From Candidatus Zixiibacteriota bacterium (GTDB lineage: Bacteria > Zixibacteria > MSB-5A5 > UBA10806 > 4484-95): a stretch of DNA of 64,000 nucleotides. The position numbers and the translations under genes were made by a program. The stretch covers positions 1 through 64,000 of the forward strand of contig JBBIRK010000008.1 in NCBI GenBank assembly GCA_037441845.1, in the 5' to 3' direction. The first letter of the stretch is position 1, and each line of letters opens with the position of its first letter. Shown in pieces: positions 37,434-47,151 of this stretch. Below the pieces are notes generated by a model that was not told where the DNA came from, did not search any database, and saw only the letters and a list, made by a program, of their open reading frames with translations.

Positions 37434-38762
37434 ATGCCAAGTATCATCATAGTTGATGACGATAAGGCTTTGCGGAAAAATCTCGCCTTTTATCTCAGAA
37501 GTCAGGGCTATGATGTTGATACGGCCGAAAGCGGCGAAGAAGCGGTCGTCAAGATAGAAGAAAAGTTGTTCGATGTTATAGTCACCGATTGCCGAATGGC
37601 CAAGATGTCGGGGATGGAATTGATTAAAATCGCCAAGAAATCGCGGCCGTCGGCTGAAATCATCGTGATAACCGGCTATGGCACTATCCCTATGGCAGTC
37701 GAGGCGATACAAAGCGGAGCGGCGGAATTTCTCTGCAAGCCGTTCGAATTTCCCAAACTGCTGAACGCCATCGAGCTGGTTCTGAAAAAGAGAGAAAAGC
37801 TGGTAGTCGAAAGCAACGACAAATACGACCGCATCATTACCAAGTCCCAAAAAATGAGCGACGTGCTCGATTTGGTGGCCAAAGGAGCCGCAACCTCGGT
37901 GCCGGTGCATATCGAGGGAGAGGTCGGAACCGGCAAGGAATTGATTGCGCGGTCGATCCACGCCCGCTCCGATCGCCATGGCGCCAATTTCGTGACCGTG
38001 GTATGCGCCACCAACAACGAACAGGAACTTGTCGCCGAGCTGTTCGGATCGGTCAACGATGCGGGGGAGTACGTCCCGGGAGCAATAGCCATGGCCGACG
38101 GCGGGACCCTCTTTTTGAAGGACGTCGACTCGCTCAGCCAGAGCCTGCAGGTTCGTCTGCTGAAGTTTCTGCAGGACGGCTTCATGACTTTCGGCGACAA
38201 GTATCAAAAGGTGAAGTCCGACGTCAGGTTGATATGTTCCAGCACAAAAAGTCTTAAAAGGCTGGTGGCGTCGGGGCACTTCCGCGAAGACTTGTTTTAT
38301 TCGATCAACATAATGCCTATTTACGTGCCGCCCTTGCGCAATCGCATTTCCGATATTTTCCCTCTGGTGAATCATTTCCTGGAAAAGTATTCGGCAAAAT
38401 TCAATAAGGATATCAAGGCTCTGTCACCCGACGTCCTTTCGTGGATGCAGACCTATCAATGGCCGGGCAACGTGGCCGAGCTGGAAAATATCATCTCGCG
38501 TGCGGCTTCGTTGGCGACATCCGAGTACATCGACGAATCGTTGATATTTACGCTTCCGAAAGACCGTCCGATCTCCGAGGAAGCCCCCGGATTCTTGAAC
38601 CTTACGCTTAAGGACAACCAGAAATCGCTCATTCTTAAGGCGCTCAAACAAAACAACGGGAATTACTCGAGAACCGCCCAGCAGCTCGGGATCTCCCGAA
38701 CTACTCTCTGGCGGCGCATGAAACGATTCAATATCGAGGAAATTCACCAGGCTGAAGCTTGA
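37434..38762 (+). CDS. NtrC/Fis-family response regulator with degenerate AAA+ domain
   Basis: Receiver (VDDD, VTD, KP), GEVGTGKE, WPGNVAEL, Fis HTH (TAQQLGISRTTLWRRM). Confidence 0.88.
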   Translation: MPSIIIVDDDKALRKNLAFYLRSQGYDVDTAESGEEAVVKIEEKLFDVIVTDCRMAKMSGMELIKIAKKSRPSAEIIVITGYGTIPMAVEAIQSGAAEFLCKPFEFPKLLNAIELVLKKREKLVVESNDKYDRIITKSQKMSDVLDLVAKGAATSVPVHIEGEVGTGKELIARSIHARSDRHGANFVTVVCATNNEQELVAELFGSVNDAGEYVPGAIAMADGGTLFLKDVDSLSQSLQVRLLKFLQDGFMTFGDKYQKVKSDVRLICSSTKSLKRLVASGHFREDLFYSINIMPIYVPPLRNRISDIFPLVNHFLEKYSAKFNKDIKALSPDVLSWMQTYQWPGNVAELENIISRAASLATSEYIDESLIFTLPKDRPISEEAPGFLNLTLKDNQKSLILKALKQNNGNYSRTAQQLGISRTTLWRRMKRFNIEEIHQAEA

Positions 38763-38970
38763 GCGGCTGACCGATCCAATTCGACGATAATCCTGACGCC
38801 CGCATTGAAAAGGGCCGTGATCCAATCTGGTCAATCCTGTCCTTTATTAGATTTTTTCTTGAAATCTTTTTAGGCTGCGATTATAATGGGGAAGTTTTCG
38901 ACTTCTTTGAGACGTCTGCGGTTGATTTTAGGAGGGAGTTCGCGAAATTCGCAGCTGGATTGCGCTGTTT

Positions 38971-39672
38971 GTGGTATTAACGCTTGGGATCGGCCAGGCA
39001 ATCGCAGAAAATAACCGGACAACGTCGTTACGGACAATTCCCTCGGGCGCGGAAACGCCCGGACGCATAAACATCGGATATGCCCTCGGCGATTCAGGGG
39101 AATTGCCCAGCCCCGCCTTAACAGGCGAAGTAATTCTTGCCTGGACGGCATCGGGCGACGACAGCCTTACAGGAACCGCCTACGGTTACGATGTAAGATT
39201 TCGCAGCGACAGCCTCGGACCGATTCTGACGCTCGCCAATTTCATTATGTCGCGCCAGGTGCTCGGCGAACCGCCGCCGTCTCCGCCGGGAACCCGCGAT
39301 TCCATGATCGTCACCGGACTGGTTCCGGGCGCCGGGTATTATTTCTGCATGGTGGTTTTCGATGAAAATTATAACGTCTCCCGCCTATCGAGCTCACCAC
39401 ACGTCGTCGCCGGAGCCTCGGATTTTTTGCCTGGCGACGCGAACGGCGACGGTTTTATTCGGGGCAGCGACGTCTTATACTTGTTAGCCTATTTTCGGGA
39501 CATTAATCCTCCGCCGCAGCCGTATTATGCGGGCGATGCCAACGGCGATTGCATCGTTGGGCCGGCTGATTTAACCTATTTGACCAACTACCTTAAAGGT
39601 TTCGGGGCGGCGCCGGTGAGCGGCGAATGCCCACCTCTTCTGCTGGGAAAGATTGGCGAATCTTCCCCTTGA
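38971..39672 (+). CDS. Exported FN3 + dockerin-like protein
   Basis: WTASGDDS...YDVRF...VTGLVPG...YYF FN3; paired GDANGDG/GDANGDC motifs. Confidence 0.75.
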   Translation: MVLTLGIGQAIAENNRTTSLRTIPSGAETPGRINIGYALGDSGELPSPALTGEVILAWTASGDDSLTGTAYGYDVRFRSDSLGPILTLANFIMSRQVLGEPPPSPPGTRDSMIVTGLVPGAGYYFCMVVFDENYNVSRLSSSPHVVAGASDFLPGDANGDGFIRGSDVLYLLAYFRDINPPPQPYYAGDANGDCIVGPADLTYLTNYLKGFGAAPVSGECPPLLLGKIGESSP

Positions 39673-39723
39673 CCGATAACGAACGCTTGTCCTTCCGCCG
39701 AGACGAACGCGGGAACTTTTCTC

Positions 39724-39753
39724 TTGCCCACCTTAATATAATCTGTCTATACT
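39724..39753 (+). promoter_or_regulatory. Sigma-70-type promoter upstream of the cassette and secA
   Basis: TTGCCC-N18-TATACT. Confidence 0.5.
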
Positions 39754-39784
39754 GAATCGGATTTTAGACAAAAGAAGGTAACAA

Positions 39785-40018
39785 ATGGGATTCGATGTTC
39801 GTGTCGTCAACGCCAAGGGGAGAGGCATTCAAGGCGTTCGTGTGGTTCTCGAATTCACGAGCAGACTGCGAGGCATGACCGCTGCGGAATATACGGACTC
39901 CGACGGCTATGCGGAGTTCGATAGATACGACGAAGGCGAAGTCAAGGTATATATAGATAAGTCGAGCTACGGCACATATCGTTACGAAGACGGTGGAAGT
40001 ATAACAATTACTAAATAG
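39785..40018 (+). CDS. Cassette-borne 77-aa beta-rich protein (carboxypeptidase-regulatory-like fold)
   Basis: VRVVN..G.GI.GV.V...TDSDGYA.F pattern; GAAGG upstream. Confidence 0.7.
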   Translation: MGFDVRVVNAKGRGIQGVRVVLEFTSRLRGMTAAEYTDSDGYAEFDRYDEGEVKVYIDKSSYGTYRYEDGGSITITK

Positions 40019-40029
40019 AATCGGCCTCC

Positions 40030-40089
40030 TTCTAACAGCGGCATGCAGCCGACCGCACTGCGCGAGGCGGCTGACGCCGAGCGTTAAGC
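40030..40089 (+). repeat. attC recombination site (59-base element)
   Basis: R'' TTCTAAC, 5-nt spacer, L'' CATGCAGC, central palindrome, L' GCTGACG, 6-nt spacer, R' GTTAAGC; 60 bp. Confidence 0.85.
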
Positions 40090-40179
40090 TGATCGGCTGA
40101 TCTATTCGGCGCTGATTCCGGTTGTTTTGATTATCATGAAAATTTCCGGACCGCCGGGACAGGAAGGCATCTTCGACAA

Positions 40180-43100
40180 ATGAGTATCCTGACGCGCATT
40201 TTCGGTTCAAAACACGATCGAGACATTAAGAGGTTGCAGCCGCGAATCGCCGAGATCAATCAAATATACGATTCGCTAAAAGATAAAAGCGACGACTGGT
40301 TCGCCGATCGAACCCGTGAACTCAAACAAGCCCTTAAGCAACCTGTCGATGAATATCTGGAGCGAATAGCTCAAGAGGAAGACTTAACCCCGGAAAGAAA
40401 AAAGGAACTATACGGCGAGATCCTCGGTCCGCAACTCGATGCTCTACTTCCCGAGGCTTTCGCCATGGTCAAAGAAGTTTGCCGGCGGTTGGTCGGCAGA
40501 AGTTGGGACGTTTGCGGTATCACCACCCGCTGGGACATGGTGCCTTACGATTGCCAATTGATCGGCGGCATAGTGTTGCACGAGGGCAAGATCGCCGAGA
40601 TGGCCACCGGTGAGGGAAAAACTTTGGTGGCCACCATGCCGCTATATCTAAACGCCTTGACCGGATTGGGAGTGCATCTGGTGACGGTCAACGACTATCT
40701 GGCGCGGCGCGACTCCGAATGGATGGGGCAGATTTATAAATTCCTCGGTCTCACCGTCGGCTGTATCCAAACCCAGATGCCGCCTCAGGAAAGACGCGAA
40801 CAGTACAATTGCGACATCGTTTACGGTACAAACAACGAATTCGGTTTCGATTATCTCAGGGACAACATGGCGATTCGGGCCGAGGATATGGTCCAGCGGG
40901 GATTCTTCTATGCCATCGTCGACGAAGTCGATTCGGTGTTGATCGACGAGGCGCGCACACCGCTGATTATTTCCGGTCCGGTCGAATCCAGCATGAATTT
41001 CCGCTTCAATGAAATGAAACCGCTGGTGGCGAATCTGGTGCGAAAACAAAATCAGCTGTGCGCGGCTCTGATCAGCGAAGGCGAAAAGCTTTTGGAGGAG
41101 GGCAAAGAATACGAAGCCGGCGTCAAATTCTTGATCGCAGAACGCGGGGCGCCCAAAAATAAGCGGCTGCTTAAACTTTACAAAGAACGCGGCGTAAAGC
41201 AACTGGTGCAGCGCGTATTGACGGATTATATGCGCGACAAAAAACTGCACGAACTGGACAATCAACTGTATTTCTCTATCGATGAACGTGAGCACACGAT
41301 CACTCTCGAAGATATGGGACGGGCGCTGCTTTCGCCTGACGATCAGAAACTGTTCGAAATACCGGATATCGCCGACGGCTTGGTCGCCATAGACAACGAT
41401 AGCCGCCTCAGCGACGAGGAAAAAATCGCCGCCAAGGAAGAGTTATACCGCCGGCACGCCGAAAGATCCGAGAAAAACCACGCCATCAACCAGCTCCTGC
41501 GCGCTTTCCAGCTTTACGAAAAAGACAACGAATACGTGGTTCAGGATGGCAAGGTATTGATCGTCGATGAGTTCACCGGCCGACTGATGCCCGGACGTCG
41601 CTATTCCGATGGGTTGCACCAGGCGATCGAGGCCAAAGAAGGGGTGACGATCGAAGGCGAAACCCAAACCTTGGCCACTATCACGCTGCAAAATTATTTC
41701 CGCATGTACGACAAACTGGCAGGAATGACCGGCACCGCCGAAACCGAAGCCTCGGAGTTCTGGGAAATCTACAAACTCGACGTAGTGGTCATTCCCACCA
41801 ACCGTCCCGTCAGGCGCATCGACTACGAAGATCAGATTTACCGCACCCGCAACGAAAAATACAAAGCCATCATCGACGAAATCGTCCGCCTGCACGATCA
41901 GAATATCCCGGTCCTCGTCGGCACGGTGTCGGTGGAGGTATCCGAGATTCTTTCGCGGATGCTGAAGCGCCAAGGGATCGGCCATTCGGTTCTGAACGCG
42001 AAATACCATCAACAGGAAGCCGAAATCGTGGCCAAGGCTGGAATCCCGGGCGCGGTGACGATCGCAACCAATATGGCCGGCCGCGGAACCGATATCAAGC
42101 TCGGCGAGAAGGTGGTCAAGTCACCTTTCTGCATGCTGGTCCGGCCGGTTTCGGATAAAGATCAATGTCCATTCTACGCCGAATTGAATTGCGAGAAAAA
42201 CGTACCCTGCGGTCTGCATATAATCGGGACCGAACGACATGAATCGCGCCGCATCGATCGGCAATTGCGGGGCCGCGCCGGTCGCCAGGGCGATCCCGGC
42301 AGTTCGCGGTTTTATTTGTCGCTCGAGGACGATCTAATGCGCTTGTTCGGCTCCGACAGAATCGCCGTAGTCATGGACCGCCTGGGAGCCAAAGAGGGCG
42401 AAGTTATCGAGCACGGAATGGTGACCCGAGCGATCGAGCGCGCCCAAAAACGGGTCGAGGCGCAGAATTTCGCGATTCGCAAGCACCTGCTCGAATACGA
42501 TAACGTGATGAACAGCCAAAGAGAGGTTATCTATAACCGTCGATTGGGATGTCTGAAAGACAAGAATCTTAGAGAAGAGACCATTGAACAAATCCACGAA
42601 TTGATCGAAAACAGCGTGCGGGAGTTCTGCCCCGACAACGAATATCCCGAAAACTGGAATATGAACGGCCTGCGCCAGAAAATGCGTAACCTCTTTCTAA
42701 TGGATTTCAATTGGTTCAAAGAAGAGATAGCCAAGCTCACCCAGCAGGAATTGGCAAACCGCTTGATAGAGGGGGCTATGAAAATCTACGAGGAGAAAGA
42801 GCGGATCCTGGGCGAGGATGTGATGCGCCGTCTCGAAAGATTTTCTTTTCTCATGGCGATCGACCACGAATGGAAAGAGCACCTTTATGAGATGGATCAC
42901 CTGCGGACCGGAATCGGCTTACGAGCCTATGGGCAGCGCGATCCCTTGATAGAGTTCAAGAAAGAAGGATATAAAATGTTCATGGAGATGCTCGCCCGAA
43001 TCGACGAGCAGGCGATCTCCAACATTTTCAAATTGAGGCCGGCGGCAGAACCGACCAGAATTCCCCGCGGTCAGATGGCGGCCGTGAAACAGTCAACGGT

Positions 43101-43308
43101 GGGAATGGGTGTGGCCGGCGCCCGAGAGCGAGCCGAAGGCTTTTCCGGAGATCCGGGAATCGGAATCGCCGGCCGCCGAGGCGGCGATCCAAACGAAACC
43201 TCCGAAAAACCGCGCCCGATAAGAGTCGAAAAGAAGGTCGGCCGCAACGAGCCCTGTCCCTGCGGCTCTGGCAAAAAATTCAAACATTGCCATGGCAAAA
43301 ACGAGTGA
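40180..43308 (+). CDS. secA: Preprotein translocase subunit SecA
   Basis: MATGEGKT, DEVDSVLIDEARTPLIISG, ATNMAGRGTDI, QLRGRAGRQGDPG, SEC-C CPCGSGKKFKHCH. Confidence 0.97.
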   Translation: MSILTRIFGSKHDRDIKRLQPRIAEINQIYDSLKDKSDDWFADRTRELKQALKQPVDEYLERIAQEEDLTPERKKELYGEILGPQLDALLPEAFAMVKEVCRRLVGRSWDVCGITTRWDMVPYDCQLIGGIVLHEGKIAEMATGEGKTLVATMPLYLNALTGLGVHLVTVNDYLARRDSEWMGQIYKFLGLTVGCIQTQMPPQERREQYNCDIVYGTNNEFGFDYLRDNMAIRAEDMVQRGFFYAIVDEVDSVLIDEARTPLIISGPVESSMNFRFNEMKPLVANLVRKQNQLCAALISEGEKLLEEGKEYEAGVKFLIAERGAPKNKRLLKLYKERGVKQLVQRVLTDYMRDKKLHELDNQLYFSIDEREHTITLEDMGRALLSPDDQKLFEIPDIADGLVAIDNDSRLSDEEKIAAKEELYRRHAERSEKNHAINQLLRAFQLYEKDNEYVVQDGKVLIVDEFTGRLMPGRRYSDGLHQAIEAKEGVTIEGETQTLATITLQNYFRMYDKLAGMTGTAETEASEFWEIYKLDVVVIPTNRPVRRIDYEDQIYRTRNEKYKAIIDEIVRLHDQNIPVLVGTVSVEVSEILSRMLKRQGIGHSVLNAKYHQQEAEIVAKAGIPGAVTIATNMAGRGTDIKLGEKVVKSPFCMLVRPVSDKDQCPFYAELNCEKNVPCGLHIIGTERHESRRIDRQLRGRAGRQGDPGSSRFYLSLEDDLMRLFGSDRIAVVMDRLGAKEGEVIEHGMVTRAIERAQKRVEAQNFAIRKHLLEYDNVMNSQREVIYNRRLGCLKDKNLREETIEQIHELIENSVREFCPDNEYPENWNMNGLRQKMRNLFLMDFNWFKEEIAKLTQQELANRLIEGAMKIYEEKERILGEDVMRRLERFSFLMAIDHEWKEHLYEMDHLRTGIGLRAYGQRDPLIEFKKEGYKMFMEMLARIDEQAISNIFKLRPAAEPTRIPRGQMAAVKQSTVGMGVAGARERAEGFSGDPGIGIAGRRGGDPNETSEKPRPIRVEKKVGRNEPCPCGSGKKFKHCHGKNE

Positions 43309-43374
43309 CGGCGGGCTGAGCCGGACTCAATGCAAAATTCGAGAACCCATATTCCCAAGACAAGTGAGGAGAAA

Positions 43375-44901
43375 ATGTCGCATCGTGGAGTTGAATCGAA
43401 ACTAAAAAGAATAAATTTCGCGGCGGCGATCATCATGGTATCGCTGCTTTCGATCGGCTGTTCGGAAAGACCGCAGCCGGTGACCATACTTCACACCAAC
43501 GATATGCACGGCCACTTTCTGCCTTGGCCGGCTCTGCGCGATAAACCGCCCATCGGCGGATTCGCCGCTCTCGATCACTATGTCGGACGCGAGCGCAAAA
43601 TCGATCCCCGCGCTTTGCTTCTCGACTGTGGCGATCTTATGACCGGAAATCTGATCTGCAACATCGAATTCAAAGGTGCCGAAGGCGGGGCATTGATTGA
43701 AATGATAAACATTATCGGCTACGATGGAATGGTGTTCGGCAATCACGAGCTGGATAAGCCGATTTCGAATCTGCGAAAATTCATGGAAATCGCCGAGTTC
43801 CCTTTCATTTGCGCCAATTTCACCGATTCTGCGGGAAACGACTTCACCCGGGAGAAATATCATATCTACAACTTGGGCGGCGTTAAGGTTGGTGTAATCG
43901 GCGTTACGTATCATCGCATGGCCGGCATGGCCGACCCCGAAAATCTCGAGGGATTCAACTCGACCGATCCGGCTGAAGCGATCAATCGAATCATCCCCGA
44001 ACTCGATCCTCAAACCGATCTGATCGTGGTCCTCTCGCATCTCGGAATCGAGGCCGACCGGGAGCTGGCGCAGAAAATAAAGGGTGTCGATATCATCCTC
44101 GGGGGACACAGCCACACTCGGCTCGATCAGCCGGAAAAAGTCAACGGTATTCTTATCTGCCAGACCGGTTCTCATGCAAGATACCTGGGGAAACTAACCC
44201 TTCAAGTGGCCGGTGACAGCATTTACAGCTGGCATGATACGCTTATCGCCATGGTAATCGATAATATAAAACCGGACACGACCTTGCAGGCCTTGATCGA
44301 CAGCATGGCGGGAATCATAGAGGGGAAATTCGGCGCGGTGATCGGAACTTTGGCCAGCGACTGGGAGACCGCCTATCAGTCGGAATCGAATATCGGCAAT
44401 TGGGTGACCGACATGTTGAGAGCCAAAACCGGAGTCGATATAGCGATAGTCAACTCGGGGGGGATTCGCAAACGCATTCCCGCCGGCCCGATAACCTTGC
44501 GCGATGTATATGAAATGCTTCCGTTCGACAACTATGTCAGTTTTTTCGATTGCTCGGGAAATGATCTGCAAAAGATTTTCGCATCCAATGCCGACGCCGA
44601 AGCGGGGGAACGAAGCTATGGCAGTTTGCAAATCTCGGGCGCAACCTATGCCTATCGAATGGAAAACGGGACTCCTATTCTCAGCGACTTGAAAGTCGGC
44701 GGAAAACGGCTGGACCCCAATAAAACCTACCGTATCGCCACGATCGATTACGTTATCGCCAACGCCGACAAATACTTCAAAATGACGCCTACCAACGTAA
44801 AGGAGACTAATCGGCTGCTTTCCGACCTGATAGTCGAATGTATCAAGGAGGCGGGGGTGATCGATTCGAGGGTTGAAGGAAGGATCAAACGAAAAAACTG
44901 A
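43375..44901 (+). CDS. 5'-nucleotidase / UDP-sugar hydrolase lipoprotein
   Basis: Lipobox LSIGC, HTNDMHG, GD, GNHE, GGHSH, NSGGIR, LPFDN. Confidence 0.9.
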   Translation: MSHRGVESKLKRINFAAAIIMVSLLSIGCSERPQPVTILHTNDMHGHFLPWPALRDKPPIGGFAALDHYVGRERKIDPRALLLDCGDLMTGNLICNIEFKGAEGGALIEMINIIGYDGMVFGNHELDKPISNLRKFMEIAEFPFICANFTDSAGNDFTREKYHIYNLGGVKVGVIGVTYHRMAGMADPENLEGFNSTDPAEAINRIIPELDPQTDLIVVLSHLGIEADRELAQKIKGVDIILGGHSHTRLDQPEKVNGILICQTGSHARYLGKLTLQVAGDSIYSWHDTLIAMVIDNIKPDTTLQALIDSMAGIIEGKFGAVIGTLASDWETAYQSESNIGNWVTDMLRAKTGVDIAIVNSGGIRKRIPAGPITLRDVYEMLPFDNYVSFFDCSGNDLQKIFASNADAEAGERSYGSLQISGATYAYRMENGTPILSDLKVGGKRLDPNKTYRIATIDYVIANADKYFKMTPTNVKETNRLLSDLIVECIKEAGVIDSRVEGRIKRKN

Positions 44902-44944
44902 TTGCGGGATTTTAGCTTCCGCAACGACGGATGGGTGAAAAAAC

Positions 44945-44972
44945 AACGGGTGCAGGCGATTCTGCACCCGTT
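44945..44972. terminator. Hairpin between convergent genes
   Basis: AACGGGTGCAG-N6-CTGCACCCGTT perfect stem. Confidence 0.65.
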
Positions 44973-45000
44973 ATAATTCGGCCGCGGACTCCAATCGAAT

Positions 45001-45723
45001 TCAGATGATTTTCCGCACCAAAATGCATTCCATATAAGCCGGGCTTCCTTTCGGCTGCTGTTTCTGATATACTTCCTTGCGGGTATATCCCCAGCGCAGA
45101 TAATACTCTTCGAACCCGAGCTCGGCGATTATTCTCATGAGCACCCAGCGATGTTTGGCCTCGGCGATGGCGAACTTTTCGGTTTCGCGAATGATAGCGC
45201 CCCCGATCCCTTGATGGCGGTAGGCCGGCAGGGTGCTGATATTGGTTATCTCGTAATACGGCTCGTTGTTGGTGTTATGCTTGTATTCCGATCCGGAATC
45301 CAATTGAACTGCGCCTATCACCTTGCCCAACTGCATCGCCATGAAAAAGCGGCTGCCCCGCTCCATCGCCATGCCGATATCATCGGCCGAAAGATTGGGC
45401 ACGATGAAAGGCGAACGCCCGCGCAACGGCGTGTTATTGGTTAGGGCTTCCTTGATTATGTAGGCTATATTGGGCGCATCTTCGGTGGTTGCGGGGACGA
45501 TGGTGGTTCGCGGCTGAAGGTATCGCCGCAAGTTGGCTCCGCGTAGGTCGCGGGGGAATTTGTCCCCGGGAAGCGTCTCCAGCTCGTTCAGGAAAGGCAA
45601 CCCCTCGAGGTGAACCGTCCAATCCTCGTTTTTCATTATCGCATCGGCGATATTCTGCAGCCGTTCCGGCTGTTTCTCCCAGCGCTGTTTCAGCAAATTT
45701 ATCTTCTCGTCGGATAATAGCAC
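45001..45723 (-). CDS. GNAT acetyltransferase with extra N-terminal domain
   Basis: TLPAYRHQGIGGAII acetyl-CoA motif, YYLRWGY. Confidence 0.8.
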   Translation of the reverse strand: MLLSDEKINLLKQRWEKQPERLQNIADAIMKNEDWTVHLEGLPFLNELETLPGDKFPRDLRGANLRRYLQPRTTIVPATTEDAPNIAYIIKEALTNNTPLRGRSPFIVPNLSADDIGMAMERGSRFFMAMQLGKVIGAVQLDSGSEYKHNTNNEPYYEITNISTLPAYRHQGIGGAIIRETEKFAIAEAKHRWVLMRIIAELGFEEYYLRWGYTRKEVYQKQQPKGSPAYMECILVRKII

Positions 45724-46059
45724 CTAATCCTCCCGGAAAATTAACCTTTACTCGATAAGTCCTTTCGCCGGATTCCCCGACAGCCCATCATCGCTCCCTA
45801 TATGTCCGGACAGCGGACAATAATATACCGCTGATCGTTGCCTGTCGGCAACATGTTTTTGCCGAGAGCTGCCGGATATCCGAAAATTCAAGGCTTAGGT
45901 CGCGGAATAAACCGAAAGTAAATCGCGCTCCAGCGGACCTTCACGATTTATATTAACCGCAATCTTTCGATTAAGCGTAGATTGATGAAACGGCGGCGGA
46001 CACCCGAGCCCCTATAAGCGGCTTGACATGAGCACGACGGTTGGGTAACTTCTGCGGCG

Positions 46060-46983
46060 ATGGCCGGTAAAATATATAATATCGAGAAGTTGACCTATCC
46101 CGAAATCAACGCCCTCGACCGCCGACGCACCGTGATATTTTTCGCCGTATCCCCTCTTGAGGAGCACGGGCCGCATCTGCCTATCGGTGTCGATGCCATG
46201 AACGCCTGGATTTTCGCTTGCCGCTGCGCCGAAATAGTGATCGAAAGAGACCCCGAATATGACGTGCTGCTCTATCCCTTGCTGCCGCTCGGAACTCAGG
46301 TCTATCGCCAACCGGGGTCGTTTTACGTCAAGCCCTGGACGTTATATGAAATAATTTACCAACTCGGCAAGAATCTGGCCCGCTACGGATTCACGAACAT
46401 TTTCGTGATTTCGGCGCACGGCACGCCCAAACAGATCGTAGCGATCGAAAGAGCCTGCGCCAAAGTCTCGCGCAAATACAAAAAATCGATGTATTGCCTG
46501 TCGGGCGCCTTGACTTTCAAATTCCTTCGCGGAGAAATGCATCAGGCGATCGCCCAACGGCTGAATCGAAAATTCACCCCCGAAGAATTGCAGGAATTGC
46601 GCTACGATTACCATGCCGGCTGGTGGGAAACCTCCATGATGCTCAGATTTCACCCGGAATTGGTCAAGGATAGTTATCGTTCGTTGAAACCGTATTTGAA
46701 AGATATCATCTCAGGCAAGATAATTTCCGAAAACAAAGAATGGCAGGGATACACGGGGTCACCGGCTCGAGCGTATCCGGAGTTCGCCGATGCTTCGCTG
46801 GCCGAATTCGGGGAGATAGCCGCCGACCTGTTCGATCGTCATCGCCGGGGTGAAAATCTAACCCCGCTCGTCCGCTCGCCCTTTTACTGGATTCCTATCT
46901 TTCAGCCATATTTCAGGCGCAACGCCATTGCGGCGCTCATTCTCGCGATAATAATCATCGCGTCGTTGATCTATTTGATTTGA
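46060..46983 (+). CDS. Creatininase/mycofactocin-peptidase family amidohydrolase with C-terminal TM anchor
   Basis: EEHGPHLPIGVD, SAHG, HAGWWETS; hydrophobic tail. Confidence 0.85.
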   Translation: MAGKIYNIEKLTYPEINALDRRRTVIFFAVSPLEEHGPHLPIGVDAMNAWIFACRCAEIVIERDPEYDVLLYPLLPLGTQVYRQPGSFYVKPWTLYEIIYQLGKNLARYGFTNIFVISAHGTPKQIVAIERACAKVSRKYKKSMYCLSGALTFKFLRGEMHQAIAQRLNRKFTPEELQELRYDYHAGWWETSMMLRFHPELVKDSYRSLKPYLKDIISGKIISENKEWQGYTGSPARAYPEFADASLAEFGEIAADLFDRHRRGENLTPLVRSPFYWIPIFQPYFRRNAIAALILAIIIIASLIYLI

Positions 46984-47151
46984 GCGCCAATCGGGCATAT
47001 CCAATCAACCCTGCCATAATAAAAACAGCCCGGAAAGCCGACTCCTTGTCGCGGTATTCGATGACCATCAGTTGACTGAGGTTTGCGCACGATGCAAAAA
47101 CGCCGGAGCACACGCCCGGCGTATCCGATTTCGACTTAACGCGATTTCGTT

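Larger units (their letters stand above)
39764..40089 (+). mobile_element. Solitary integron gene cassette (ORF + attC)
   Basis: Begins TTAGAC, short leader, single ORF, ends in attC; no integrase in the window. Confidence 0.75.

Noticed and set aside
45724..46059. ncRNA in the divergent intergenic region
   Set aside because: Only short scattered hairpins; explainable as two promoter regions
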